Positions 13,008 through 25,384 of a DNA stretch of 64,000 nt are shown one piece after another (position 1 is the first letter of the stretch; each line of letters begins with the position of its first letter). This DNA comes from Octopus vulgaris (taxonomy: Eukaryota): contig OX597816.1 in NCBI GenBank assembly GCA_951406725.2, positions 16,864,001-16,928,000 on the forward strand, read 5' to 3'. Position numbers and translations under genes: made by a program. The notes below the pieces were generated by a model. That model was not told where the DNA came from. It did no database searches and saw nothing but the letters and a program-made list of their open reading frames with translations.

Positions 13008-13629
13008 ATTACCTCCTATATACTTGTTGCTTATTTTGATTATAATCACCCCATGGATTTATATGAATAATACTATACAAAATTCTGGTGCCTTTGACTT
13101 AAGTACCATATTCATCTGAATCTAAATTTTGCTGAACCTATATGTATGTATGTATGTATGTATACATGCACATATCGATACATACACACACACATACACA
13201 CAATGGACTTCCACACAGTTTCCGTTTCCTAAATTCACTTAAAAGACATTGGTCAGACAAAGATTACGGGACAAAACCTACAGCGAAGCTTTGTAATATT
13301 TCAGTTCTTCTGATTTACACTGTTGTGCATGAAATAGATATTGTTTAATTAATGACAAGCTGTCAATGCACAAATATGCAAATTCGGTTAATCAAATTTA
13401 TGACTGCTTGATATATATATCAGTTGAACTATGCTAGTGGTTGCAGAAAGGAAGCCAGGTATATTTTCTTTGAGAAAGAATCAATAACGTATGAAAAGGT
13501 TCATCAGGAAAACTTCCTCCTTCTTTTTCCATGTGTCAATAGCATCGAAAGAGTGTGTTTGCATTATTATTTCACCCGGGGAGAGGCTGTATAATGCTTG
13601 AATTAGATGATGATGATGATGATTATTAT

Positions 13630-14077
13630 TATTATTATTAAAGACAAGGAAGAAAATATTTGTAGACGAATACGTGTAAGTATTCCGACTGATAAAAATT
13701 TGACAAATCAAGTAAATATAGGGACCTGGAAAATGAAATACAAAAGATGTGGTATCTTAAAGTGAGAACTGTTCCTGTTATTGTAGGTGCCCTAGGTATG
13801 ATAAAAGAGGGATGTCAGAAACATTTAGATAAGCCCCGGGAGAACATGTTTCAGAGAAATCCAAAAGATTGTGCTGACAAGTACTGACCCCATACTTAGA
13901 AAAACCCTGTTCATTTAAATGTCTGTGTTGTATTATATGAAAATATTTTGCTACTGCTCCTGCCACTTTATCTCCTCAAGTTTTCAGTCATACTGTAACA
14001 TCTCTTATCCTTCACTCATCCAAGGATGCTGGGTGAGTCCTGGCAAGTGATTGTAGCAAACATGCAGCTTAAAAGTA

Positions 14078-14140
<63 letters not shown>
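13630..14140 (+). mobile_element. 3' fragment of an R4/Dong-type LINE (RLE C-terminus, 3' UTR, (AAT)n tail)
   Basis: Translates to KYRDLENEIQKMWYLKVRTVPVIVGALGMIK...EIQKIVLTST.ILRKTL. Confidence 0.8.
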
Positions 14141-14170
<30 letters not shown>

Positions 14171-16851
14171 AAGAAGAACCTCAGGCATATTGCAATAAAT
14201 ACTGTCAGACTGAGGTTCTTGTTGTGACTTGACAGACAGTACAAACCCCTGGTAGACAATCAACATCATGATATTGGCTACTACGCAATGTCTTAAAAAA
14301 AAAAAAAAAATAATAATAATAATAATAATAATAGTAATAATAATAATGGAAAGACTGCTTTGCCATGAGGCTAGTAGTAGAATGCCAAAGAAAGTTAGTT
14401 AAACATTTCTTCTTCTCCTTTTCTTTTCCTTTTTTTTTGATTATCTTCTCCAAATATTCCTATTTAGCTACTGTGATGAAAAGACTGCTTTGCCATGAGG
14501 CCGATGCACCCACCACCACTTCCCTGTATTGAAACTGAGAGTGAGGTAATTATTCATTTATTTTTTTCTTCGGTTGGGATGTTGGCGACTAAACTGGCAA
14601 CCCCACAGAACTTGCTCTGTGAAGAGGGTGCATGATTCTTGCTATTTTGACACCTTACAGGAAGAAGAACATGACCTGTATAAAGGCTAATGAACACTTA
14701 TGAGGCAACGGCCACCAAAATACCAAATACCTAAGAGGCAGAAGCAATCATAATGCTTGAACACACCTTCTAGAAGACGGAAACTCCAAAAATTAAACCA
14801 GGATTACAGGAATCCTATATCCTAGGGTGGTGATCTTGTCAGTGATGGTGTCACAGGAAAAATGAAATACTGGTGGTTGTGCAACCTATAATTCACTAAC
14901 TCTCATCATCAGTGCTGAAAATGTCAAATAAAAATAGAAATGAGAATTGCATGAATGAGGCTGGAAGGCCTTGTGAAGGTCTCTCACCTGGCGGGTGCCC
15001 CATGGGTGAGCAGCATGGGCCCAGGTGTCATCAAGCAACTGCTAAAAGAAGGTGGATGAAAGAAATGAATGTGGCTGTAATGGAGTGCTATTATCTGATA
15101 ATGAAGTACCTGCTAAGGGAAATAGGAAAAGAGAGCACAGGGCATGGAGTGACAGAGGTCTACTTGATTTAAGTGAACAAAATCTGTGTAACCAAGCTAG
15201 AGCCATCAGAAATAATGAATGGTTATCTCCAGTTGAACTAGAATGCATTAAGAGACAGGTGCTTGGGGATAGTAAGACTAGCAGTGAACGGAAGGAGGCG
15301 GAAGAGGATGCAGAGAGTGAAACTATGGCAGTAGACTTAAAGGAAGAAAATGAGCATGAGGCTGAGATTTTTTATCAGGAAAGTGATGAGAAAACCAAGG
15401 AACAGATATCCATTTTAAATAAAATCATTGATATTTGGACCTCTGATAAACAGAGATTTCATATGGGGTTTAAAAAAGTAGACAAAAAGAAACTCAACGA
15501 ATGGGCCAGGAAGATAAATGATATCACTGGTGATATCAAGACTGACAACATCACAAACCCCAACAATCTGATAAATGCAATCTCGATCTTTATAGCCTGG
15601 AAGTTTGGTTTGAAAGCCAAAGGTAAATGTCAATATAACCTGAAGGAGAACAGTGCAGTCTATTAATGAGACCAGAAAACATATTAATATTCTGGAATGG
15701 AAAAAGAGATAAATGAAGTTCAGCAAAAGAAATATGTTGAGCTAGAGAGGAAGTATAGGGTGAAGAGAAAGGGAATCAATGTTGCGATTGAGGAATTAAA
15801 ACAGAGGTTGAAAGCTAAAAAACATAAACTAAAGAGATATGAACAGAGAATTGAGCAGTACAGATTAAACAGACTTTTTGAACAAAATCAGAAACGAGTC
15901 TATCAGAAAGTGGATGGGAAAGAAAAAGATAAAAAAAGTTGTGCCAGATGCTGAAGAAAGTAAAAGATTCTGGTCAAACATATGGTCTCAGGAGAAACAA
16001 CACAAAACTGAAACAGTGTGGCTAAAGACACTCAAAGAGGTGAGTGAGAGTGGAAAGTATCAGCAAGAGGATTAAAGAATAACCGAGGAGATGATTAGAG
16101 ATCAGTGCAGGAAAATTCCAAACTGGAAAGTGTCTGGCTCAGATGGGGTTCAGGGCTTTTGGCATAAAAACTTGGCAGCTCTGCACAGGAGAATTGTGAG
16201 ACAGATGGATGAAATACTGAATAGTGACATCCAAGTACTGACCTGGATGACAAAAGGAAGAATGGTACTATGCTAGAAGGACCCAAGTAGAGGGAATGCG
16301 GTTGGAAATTTCCGACCAATATCTTATTTGCCACTGATGTGGAAACTGATGACGGGCATCACAGCAAACAGCATCTACAAGTACCTAAATGAGAACGACC
16401 TACTACCAGTGGAACAAAAAGGGTGTAGACATAAGAGCAGAGGAATGAAGGATCAATTACTAATCAATAAGACTATCCTGGCTGATTGCAAGAGTGACAC
16501 AAAAATTTGGTGATGGCATGGATGGACTACACGAAAGCATATGACATGGTCCTACAATCATGGATTATTGAATGTCTTAAACTGCTTAAGGTCTCCCACA
16601 ATATCCTGAAGTTAATACAAAACTCAGTGACAACATGGCAAACTGAACTCATAGCATGGGGAGATAAGCTAGGAGAGATAAATATCAAAAGAGGAATCTT
16701 TCGAGGGGACAATCTGTCGCCTCTCCTATTTGTTGACTGCATAGTGCCACTAATGAGTGATTTAATAAAGATGCATATGGGGTACATGCTAGGCAGGGTG
16801 AAAGCAAACAACCTGTGGTTTATGAATGACCTAAAGCTATTCGCTAAGACA

Positions 16852-16900
16852 GTCCAACCCATGCTAGCATGGAAAACGGACGTTAAACGATGATGATGAT
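16852..16900 (+). mobile_element. ~50-bp family B tail inserted into the R4 RT
   Basis: gtccaacccatgctagcatggaaaacggacgttaaacgatgatgat interrupts AK|NEKE just after the catalytic motif. Confidence 0.85.
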
Positions 16901-17908
16901 GAGAAAGAAACTAAGAGTTTTGCGGCAACTATGCAGATGATTAGCAAAGATATTGGCATGGAATTTGGGATTGAAAAATGCGGTGTAATGATTCTCAAAA
17001 GGGGGAAATCAGTAAAAGCCATGGGATCAAGCTGGAAAGTGACAAAACTATAAATGAAGTTAGAGAGGAAGGATATAAGTACCTGGGTATCATTGAAAGA
17101 GATAAGATGAATAAACACAAGATGAAATAAATGTACTGGAAAGAATATTTGAGAAGAACTCGGCTTGTACTCCAATTGAAGCTAAATGGCCACTATAAAA
17201 TTAGAACAGTTAACACGTAGGCAGTTGCTTTGGTGAGATATGGGGCAGGAATAGTATCTTGGAAGAAGTATCAATTACAAGAGATAGACTGGAGAACACG
17301 TAAATTGATGACAATGAACAAGGAACTACACTCCAAGAGTGATGTGTCAAGATTGTATGTAAAGAGGAAAGAATGAGGAGGGGGACTGGTGTGTTGTGAA
17401 GGTTGTGTAAGGGAAGAGGAGAATAGCCTGGCTTGGTATGTCAAGGGGAGTGAAGAAGAAATGGTTGAAGCAGTGAAAATGTAGGGAACCTTAAAAGTAA
17501 ACGAAGCCGTAGATCCAATACAATTTAAGAAAGACCAAAGAGAGCAGATGAAGAAAATTTAGCAGGACAAGAAAATGCACAGTCAGTTCTTGAAGAATAA
17601 AGATGAGATTGATTGGAATAGAACTTGACAATGGTTGCAGAAAGGAGACTTAAAAGGGCCCACTGAGGCATTAGTGTGCTGTGCTCAAGAGCAAGCTCTC
17701 AGAACAAACTACTCCAAATATCACATTGATAAAAGCACTGAATTGCCACAGCGTAGGATGTGCTCTGAGAAAGGAGAAAGTATAAGCCATATTTTTAGTG
17801 AGTGCTGTAAGCTTACTCAATGCAAATACAAAAGGAGACATGACAATGTGACCAGATATGTCCACTGGCTATTGTGCGGTAAAGCAAACCTTGAGAAAGC
17901 TGAACAAT

Positions 17909-18079
17909 GGCGCAGGAGTGGCTGTGTAGTAAGTAGCTTGCTAACCAGCCACATGGTTCCAGGTTCAGTCCCACTGCATGGCATCTTGGGCAAGTGTCTC
18001 CTGCTACAGCCCCGGGCCGACCAATGCCTTGTGAGTGGATTTGGTAGACGGAAACTGAAAGAAGCCTGTCGTATATATG

Positions 18080-18112
<33 letters not shown>

Positions 18113-18323
18113 TTGTGTGTTTGTGTTTGTCCCCCTAGCATTGCTTGACAACCGATGCTGGTGTGTTTACGTCCCCGTCACTTAGCGGTTCGGCAAAAAG
18201 AGACCGATAGAATAAGTACTGGGCTTACAAAGAATAAGTCCCGGGGTCGATTTGCTCGATTTAAGGCGGTGCTCCAGCATGGCCGCAGTCAAATGACTGA
18301 AACAAGTAAAAGAGTAAAAGAGT
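17909..18323 (+). mobile_element. tRNA-headed SINE (family A) with internal microsatellite and (gtaaaaga)n tail, nested in R4
   Basis: Splits the LINE codons AEQW|YKHKPE; short aat(gg) duplication; near-identical inverted copy at 43909-44304. Confidence 0.92.
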
Positions 18324-18842
18324 AATGGTACAAACACAAACCAGAGAGAGTAATGGAAGACATTACTAAATACTCATAGAGGTGAGACGACCAGATATCA
18401 TGCTCATCCATTAAAATGAAAAAGAAGTAAAGATAATAGATGTTGTGATACCAGGCAATACGAAAGTGAAATGTAAGGAAGCAGAAAAGTGTGAGAAATA
18501 TCAGCCACTGCAGGATGAAATAGGAAAGTTATAGGGCATGAGAAAAGTAGTAGTGATACTGGTGGTAATTGGAGCATTAGGGGCAGTTTCCAAGGGCTTT
18601 GAAAAACATATTAAGAATATTGGAGCTGCTGTCAGGCTCGAGATGATCCAGAAGACAGCATTGTTGGGTATAGCTCACATTCTAAGGAGAGTATTGTCTT
18701 TTTGAGCCACAGGAGAAGGCACTACTTGAAACCATTGGTGATTTGTTATTGCCTGCTTTCAAGTAAAGAACAATCAGAAATTAAGAACTATCTGGGAGTT
18801 TTTCAGAATAACAACAACATCAATAATAATAAGAAGAATGAT

Positions 18843-18952
18843 AATGGTTTCAAATTTTGACACAAGGAATGGGCAAACCTATTATATCAAGCACAGTACT
18901 CAGCTGGTACCTATTTTATTGACCCCAAAAGGATGAAAGGCAAAGTCAACTC
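18843..18952 (-). mobile_element. Truncated SINE (family C)
   Basis: ggtacctattttattgaccccaaaaggatgaaaggcaaagtcaac core. Confidence 0.7.
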
Positions 18953-18969
18953 CCCCTACAGAATAACAA

Positions 18970-19009
<40 letters not shown>

Positions 19010-19044
19010 GCTACTACTACTGCTACTAATAATAATAATAACAA

Positions 19045-19263
19045 CAATCCTTTCTACTATAGGCACAAGGCCTGAAATTTTGGGGAAGGGACTAGTCAAT
19101 TACATTGACTCCCAGTGCTTCACTGGTATTTAATTTATTAATCCTATAAAGATGAAAAGCAAAGTCAACCTCGACGGAATTTGAACTCAGAACATAGAGA
19201 TGGGTGAAATACCACTGAGCATTTCATCCAGTGCGCTAACGATTCTGCCAGTTCACTGCCTTA
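19045..19263 (-). mobile_element. tRNA-headed SINE (family C; central domain resembles the MetaSINE-type core as recalled)
   Basis: Reverse complement: aaggcagtgaactggcagaatcgttagc..gagttcaaattcc..gactttgcttttcatc; flanked by (AAT)n-type tracts. Confidence 0.8.
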
Positions 19264-20169
19264 GTAATAATAATAATAATAGCCAATATAAATGTTTGTT
19301 GGCTGGTTGTTTGGTAGATAGCTTCTGTCATACTTTATATCATAAAGAGAGAAGAGAAGGTAAAAGTGAGATACAGAGAGAGAGGCATCATAAGAAGTTG
19401 AAGTTGATAGAGGAATGCAGAAACTGACATGCGGTGATACAGGGAAAGCTAGAGATGAGAAAGAGTTATGTAGTTGATAGATACCAAATGCATGACACAT
19501 GCTTCCACACACATACACACACTCTTCTGTCCAAGTCACACACATACACACACTTAGAGGCATAACTGCAGTTTAATTAGAAAGATAAACTTGGTAAATA
19601 GTTTATAGGGTGAGATAATGGGTAAAAAAAATGCTAGGGAGAAAATATATTTAATAACAGCCAATGTTGGCAGCTGGTTGGTAAATTTCTCAAGTCGCAT
19701 TTTATATTATTTTGAGAAAAGAGGAGAGAAGTAAAAGAGAGCTACGGGGAGGATTAGCATAAGAGGCCTAGCATGAGTACTTTATACCTTTGAGAAAATT
19801 ATGAGGCTATTAATGAAGTTTGTAGAGATAGGTTTCCAATGGAGTAGTCGTGATTGTACAAATAAAATTCAGAAAAATAATACCATATTTATTGCAAATA
19901 TACAAATGAGAAATTCATTTTACTCAACTTTATATTAATTTAATAGATACTTTTTTTAGTATTCATTTCATCATTTTGTAAAATCACAAAAAAATTTGAT
20001 CAGATTTAAATTACAATTATTGCATATATGCCACATTTCCTGATATTACTCATGGTAGCAAAAAATACTTCCAAAGTTTCCTATTATATGACAGGTAACA
20101 CTCTAGCATGTGTATTATGTAAAATACGTAATATATATATACATATAAGGATGCATATTTATATATCCT

Positions 20170-21480
20170 TATAAACTGCTACAAAGGTAAAAGAGATATT
20201 ACATAGAGAGAGAAAGTTGTAGAGACATCAAATAGTTGGACTAAATTATGAAGATCATGGAGAGAGTCATTGCATAATTGATTAGAAACAGAAGTAGCCA
20301 AGTAAAACGCAGTTTGGCTTTATACCCAGGCTATGCTCTACAATCTGACAGTCACTAAGGAAACAAGGTGTAAAAGAAGGACTTGTGAGGGTTGTACAAA
20401 AGCTATGTACAAAAATGTAGTAAATAAAATGAGAGTCAACAATGACTTCAGAGATGAATTTATCATGCAAGTAGACATCCATCAAGAATCAGACTTCAAC
20501 ATCCCTTCTATCCATCATTATCCTACAGGCCATCACTGAAGAGTTTAAGACCAACTGTCCATGGAATTTCCTATATGCTGAGGATTTAGCTTTTACAACT
20601 CAATCTATAGTAGAATTAGAGAAAAAAAATCACCAGAAATGGAAGCAAAACTTAAAAGTGAGAAGTGTCAGTGTAAACTTTTCAAAAACTAAGGTGTTAT
20701 CAAGTAAGAAAGAAGACAGGACTCTAGTAAGATCAGAGAAATGGCATTGTATGATAGGCTGAAAAGGAATAGGTAGGAATTCCATACACTTTACTCAGTG
20801 AATTCTACAGAGACACAACAGGTGTAGCGGAACCACCAGCAGGTTAATGGAGACAACATGCTTCGTATGAGGTAGATGCACTGGAGCAATACATACATAA
20901 GAGTATAGCAGAAATAAATTTTCTTATGTGCATGGATAGTTCACTTGAAATAATTGATAGCTTCTCTTACCTAGGTATCATAATTAGCAGAGGAGATAGC
21001 TATTCAGAAAGTTAAGTACCCAGGGTTAGAATGCATTGGAAAAAGTTCAGGTAGAATTGCCTCTCCAGGCAATTAAGATTTCTTTTGGGATGAAGGACAG
21101 ATTATATGATTCTTATGGAAAAAGTGCTGCAATGCTCCATGGTAGTGAGTTGTAGACCTTGAAAGCAGAAGATGTGTGATGGTTGGAAACAAATGAAGCT
21201 AGCATGTTCCACTAGATGTGCATGAATACCAGAGTACAATTGAGCTGAGAGGGACACTGGCTATAAGAGAAATCAGGTGCAGTGACAAGAAAGAAGGCTG
21301 CAATGTGATGTGCGGCATGTGATGTGCATGGCATTTGACTGTTGCATAAGTAAGTGCAAACTGCTCCAAGTTAATGTGAAAGAGGAAGACCAAGGAGAAT
21401 TTGGAATGAATTAGTGAAGGCTGAATCTCACAGAGGAGACAGCAATAGACTATAATGATTATTAATATGTGGTGATGCTG
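20170..21480 (+). pseudogene. RTE-clade LINE RT and C-terminal remnant
   Basis: NCYKGK, IMKIMERVI, QFGFIP, QVDIHQES (GVHQGS), WNFLYAEDL (YADDL), FSYLG. Confidence 0.8.
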
Positions 21481-22189
21481 AAAATTCAATTACCCACAGA
21501 AAAATGTACTGTAGTAGGAGGGTAGTGTTTTGAGATTAGAATATTTTGTACCCTGCTAAGTCTACATTTGCAGACCCTTCATGACATCCTTTTCATCGAC
21601 CTATTCCTCATCTCCCTTCTCATTCACCTCTTTATCACTCAGTCCTCTATCTCTCATCTCCCAGTCACCTATGCTGACTGCATCAAACTCAGTAGACTGG
21701 TGCAGACTTCTGCCTGGTTAGCTCTTGTCAAACCGTCCCACCTATGCCAGCATAGAAGGCAGATGTTAAACAATGATGATGATGATATAATTTATATATA
21801 TATATATATATATATAATAAATATAACAAATGTAATGCACTCTCTCTCTATATCTCTCTCTCACACACACACACACACACATAATCAGAGATCAAGATTT
21901 TATTAAGAAGTATATATAGAATAATAAAAGTAAACTGACTTTCACTGGAACTGGAAAGAAACAGGCTAGGAAGAGAGTGTGGAATATGAAGAGTGTGTGG
22001 GGGAACACCTATATTATATAAGCCCTACACAAGGATTTTTAATCTAGTTGACAGCAATTAAGAAAGTGAATGTAGGGAAATTAACTGAACTATTGAGGAT
22101 AGTCACCAAGAGGCATAAACTACCTGGAGAAATAGGGTGTAGGATAGTCAACTGAATAATAAATCAAATATTACAATAGAAGATGGTCA

Positions 22190-22945
22190 AGCCAACGACT
22201 GGGTCTGCAGTATTATCATAAAACTGCTATAAGGGCAGAGAAGATGCATGGGAAAACAGAAACTGTAAAGGCATTAAACTGTTAGAACAGGTTATGAAAA
22301 TTATAGAAAGCATAATGGCAAAACTGATTAGGGATAGGATTAGCTTTGATGAAATGTAGTTCAGCTTTGACCCAGGAAAACTACCACAGATGGCATATTA
22401 TTAGTGGGACACATGCAAAAAAAAGTACATATCTAGAAGTATACCCTTATATCAATCATTTATTGATCTGGAGAAGATTTTGGCAGAGTTCTTTGCTCTG
22501 TAATCTGATATTTACTAACAAAACTAAAAGTTGATGAATGGTTTGTTTGGACTGTACAAGATAAGTATAGGAGGGCAAACAGCATAGTGAGAGTCACCAA
22601 TGAGTTCAATGATGAATTTAATGTGTAGACATGAGTCCATCAGGACTCAGTTGTTAGCCTCCTCTTGTTTATTAGAGACCTTCAAGTCGTAACAGAGTAA
22701 TTTAAGTCTAGTGTCCAAGGAAACTTTTGTGTGCTGAGGATTTGGCTCTTATAGTGGAAGCAATTAAAGAACTAAAGCAAAAATTCCAAACATAGAAGCA
22801 AGACCTGGAATTGAAGGGCTTTAATGTAAATATATCATAAGTGAAAATAGTAGGAAGGAGCATAAGGGAAATAGCAGTGGCTCATTTATGAGAAAGAGGG
22901 GTTGATAGGAATTCCATAAAATGTACCCACTGTAAACAATGCTCA
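22190..22945 (+). pseudogene. Second RTE RT remnant
   Basis: NCYKG, GIKLLEQVMKIIE, FIDLEK, VHQDSV, LLCAEDL. Confidence 0.75.
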
Positions 22946-22959
22946 ACTCCCAAGTAGTA

Positions 22960-23061
22960 GGCCAACCAAAACCTTGTGAGTGGATTTAGTAGACAGAAAC
23001 TGAAAGGAGCTTATCATGTGTATGTGTTGTGTGTGTACGGGAAAGAGAGAGAGAGAGAGAG

Positions 23062-23100
<39 letters not shown>

Positions 23101-23354
23101 GTGTTAGCATACCAATGTCAGGGTATTATATGATGGTTGTGAATGTGCATTATTGTCATATAAGCAAGGTTGTTTGTTTCCAATCTTCTGAGAAAACATA
23201 TCTAGCTATGAGAAAAAAAACATTACTTTGCTTGGAAACAGGTGAAGGTTGGTGACAGGAAGACCATCAAGCCAAAGAAAATTTGCTTTGATAAATTCTA
23301 ACCCAAGCAAGCATAGAAAAAAAATGGACCTTAAATGATGATGATGATGATGAT
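22960..23354 (+). mobile_element. Chimeric SINE: family-A 5' body, (GA)n, RTE-type (GAT)n tail
   Basis: ccttgtgagtggatttagtagacagaaactgaaag shared with family A; ggttggtgacaggaag..catc and (gat)n shared with family B; minus-strand relative at 51040-51715. Confidence 0.7.
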
Positions 23355-23574
23355 ACACACACAGTCCAGTGTTCAAAAGCTGACAATCGTGTGGAAGAAG
23401 CTATCAGAATCACTACACCCACAACTCGATATTTACAGCACACTCAGCTCTACTGTTCTTTGCTGGTTTAGTTTATTTAATTTAACTGAACTCTCAAAGA
23501 ATCAATCTAACCTCTTTTCTGTCTACTTACTAACCCAATCATTTATTCAAATCTCCACATGTCTATTTTCCTGC

Positions 23575-23710
23575 CTACTTACCTACCTAACTACCAATCT
23601 ACCCTGCTACTTACCTACCTCTCTTCCTCCTTACCTACCAACCTACCTACCTACCTACCTGTCTAACTAACTAACTACCTACCTATCTATCTACTTACCT
23701 ACCTATCCCT
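23575..23710. repeat. Degenerate (CTAC)n tetranucleotide repeat
   Basis: Seen directly. Confidence 0.85.
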
Positions 23711-24160
23711 CTATCAATTCGTTTGTATCTCCATCTCTTTATTTATCTTATTGCTGCTTTATTTATCTATTTAAAAGCCTACCTTCTACATCTCCTTGAC
23801 TGTCAATATGTTTAAGTATTAAAACTTGAAATATCAGCAAAACTCTTATTGTCTATTGTCTGTCGTATTATTCAGATACATTAGATGATTTCTGATATCT
23901 CATCATTTTAGTTAATATCAAGTTCTTATGATGCTACACCACATTTATCTACAAAGATACTTTATTCACACACAAACAGTATATGTGTAATTGTGTGTGT
24001 GTGTGTGTGTGTGTGTGTGCATGTGAATTTGAGTAAATATATAGTACATATATGCATATAATGTATATCTACATATATATATATATATGTATATCTACAT
24101 ACACACACATATATATATGTATATCTACATACACACACATATATATATATATGTATATCT

Positions 24161-24197
<37 letters not shown>

Positions 24198-24281
24198 GGT
24201 ATAAAAATATATCTAAATATGTACAAGTATAAATATATAACGTATAAGACAGTTTAAAAGTTTTGAATTAATTATTTAAAG

Positions 24282-24373
24282 CATCTTACGATCGTTTCAC
24301 AGAAGTATTGTCCCTATAATGAAATCTTATATTGATAAGCATTTATAGACAACGCTTCTGCTCTTCAGAGATA
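24282..24373 (-). ncRNA. Minimal type-I hammerhead ribozyme, intact core, long stem II
   Basis: Reverse complement: atct CTGAAGA gcagaag..cttctgt GAAA cgatcg TA agat; stem I atct/agat; palindromic stem III ACGATCGT. Confidence 0.8.
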
Positions 24374-24494
24374 TAAAATTTGAATTCTGTATAACATATC
24401 GAATGATAGTCCTTTTAAAAATTTGAAGAAAGCTATAAAATGGTGTTTGAAAGATAAATTAAAAATTAAAAATATATATATATATATATATATA

Positions 24495-25384
24495 TAGGGT
24501 GCAATGGGTAAACTGTTGCCATTTTATACTTTTAATTTCACGCATGTGCATTGCTTGTTTTTGATTTTGCTGACTACTCAGTATAGTAGGGCCAGTTGGG
24601 CACCATCAGTGACAAACACAGCACCATAACACAATTCATTCTGCCATTAATTTAGCAATGACATGCTGTACTGCTTGGCATTCACACCAGAAGTTCCAAT
24701 ATGAACATGTCAGGGTGTTTGAGTGTCAATCCGAGGACAGTACAATCTCAGGATATGTACTGAGAGTAAGAAAAATCAAATATCCAGTCCACATCGTGGG
24801 GTTTGGAGTGATCACTAGTGATGGCGACGTTATGCCTCCATTTGTCTTCCCACACAGACTTAGACTCAACACAGAAGCCTACATCAAGTACCTGGAAGAG
24901 GTAATGCTGCCCTGGGTGAAGAGGGTGGCTGCTGGAAGACTATGTCTGGCAACAGGACTCTGTACCTTGCTACACAAGCAAGAGAACCCAGCTATGGTTG
25001 TCAGATAATTTCTGCGACCATATCGACCGTAACATCTGACCGCATAACTCCCCACTCTGCAACCGCCTTGATTATTATGTGTGGGGTGCAGTTGAGCAAG
25101 AAACCAACAAAACTTCTTGTAACACCAGAGATGAACTGAAGGCAAGGATTATGGCAGCATTCACCAACTTAAACAAGGAGACCATCCAGAAGAGTTGCAG
25201 GAGATTCCAAAATCGTCTGGAGTTTGTGGTTGAAGCCAATGACGATTTTACTGAATAAATTTACTCTTTAGTATTTCAAGATATTTTTTATGCAATTTTG
25301 GTAAATATATCTTTTAAAATGAGATGTCAGTGCTATTTTCATTTTTGCGTAATTTACACAACAGTTTATTCAGCACACCCTGTA
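24495..25384 (+). mobile_element. Internally deleted Tc1/mariner element of the maT (DD37D) family with both TIRs
   Basis: TIRs ta-tagggtg..taaactgttg / caacagttta..caccctg-ta; GVITSDGDVMPPF, YVWQQD-x37-DYYVWG (37 residues counted across one stop). Confidence 0.88.

Larger units (their letters stand above)
12735..13140. mobile_element. PLE pseudo-LTR-like element: 144-bp inverted arms (12735-12878 / 12901-13044) plus tail, in (TA)n
   Basis: Near-perfect palindrome with a 22-nt spacer; homologous to 38553-38790; contains a hammerhead motif. Confidence 0.7.
14348..18830 (+). mobile_element. Near full-length decayed R4/Dong-clade non-LTR retrotransposon (RT, CCHC, restriction-like endonuclease)
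   Basis: RRW..MN...CYY N-terminus; W.DY.KAYDMV, RGIFRGDNLSPLLF, FMNDLKLF (RT); RMC..GESISHIFSEC, RRHD, RRPDI, IIDV.IP, KY..L, VVIGALG; many stops and frameshifts; flanked by (AAT)n. Confidence 0.92.

Noticed and set aside
19280-19750. Weak direct similarity between 19280-19380 and 19659-19750
   Set aside because: Low identity in purine-rich low-complexity sequence; at most an old tandem duplication
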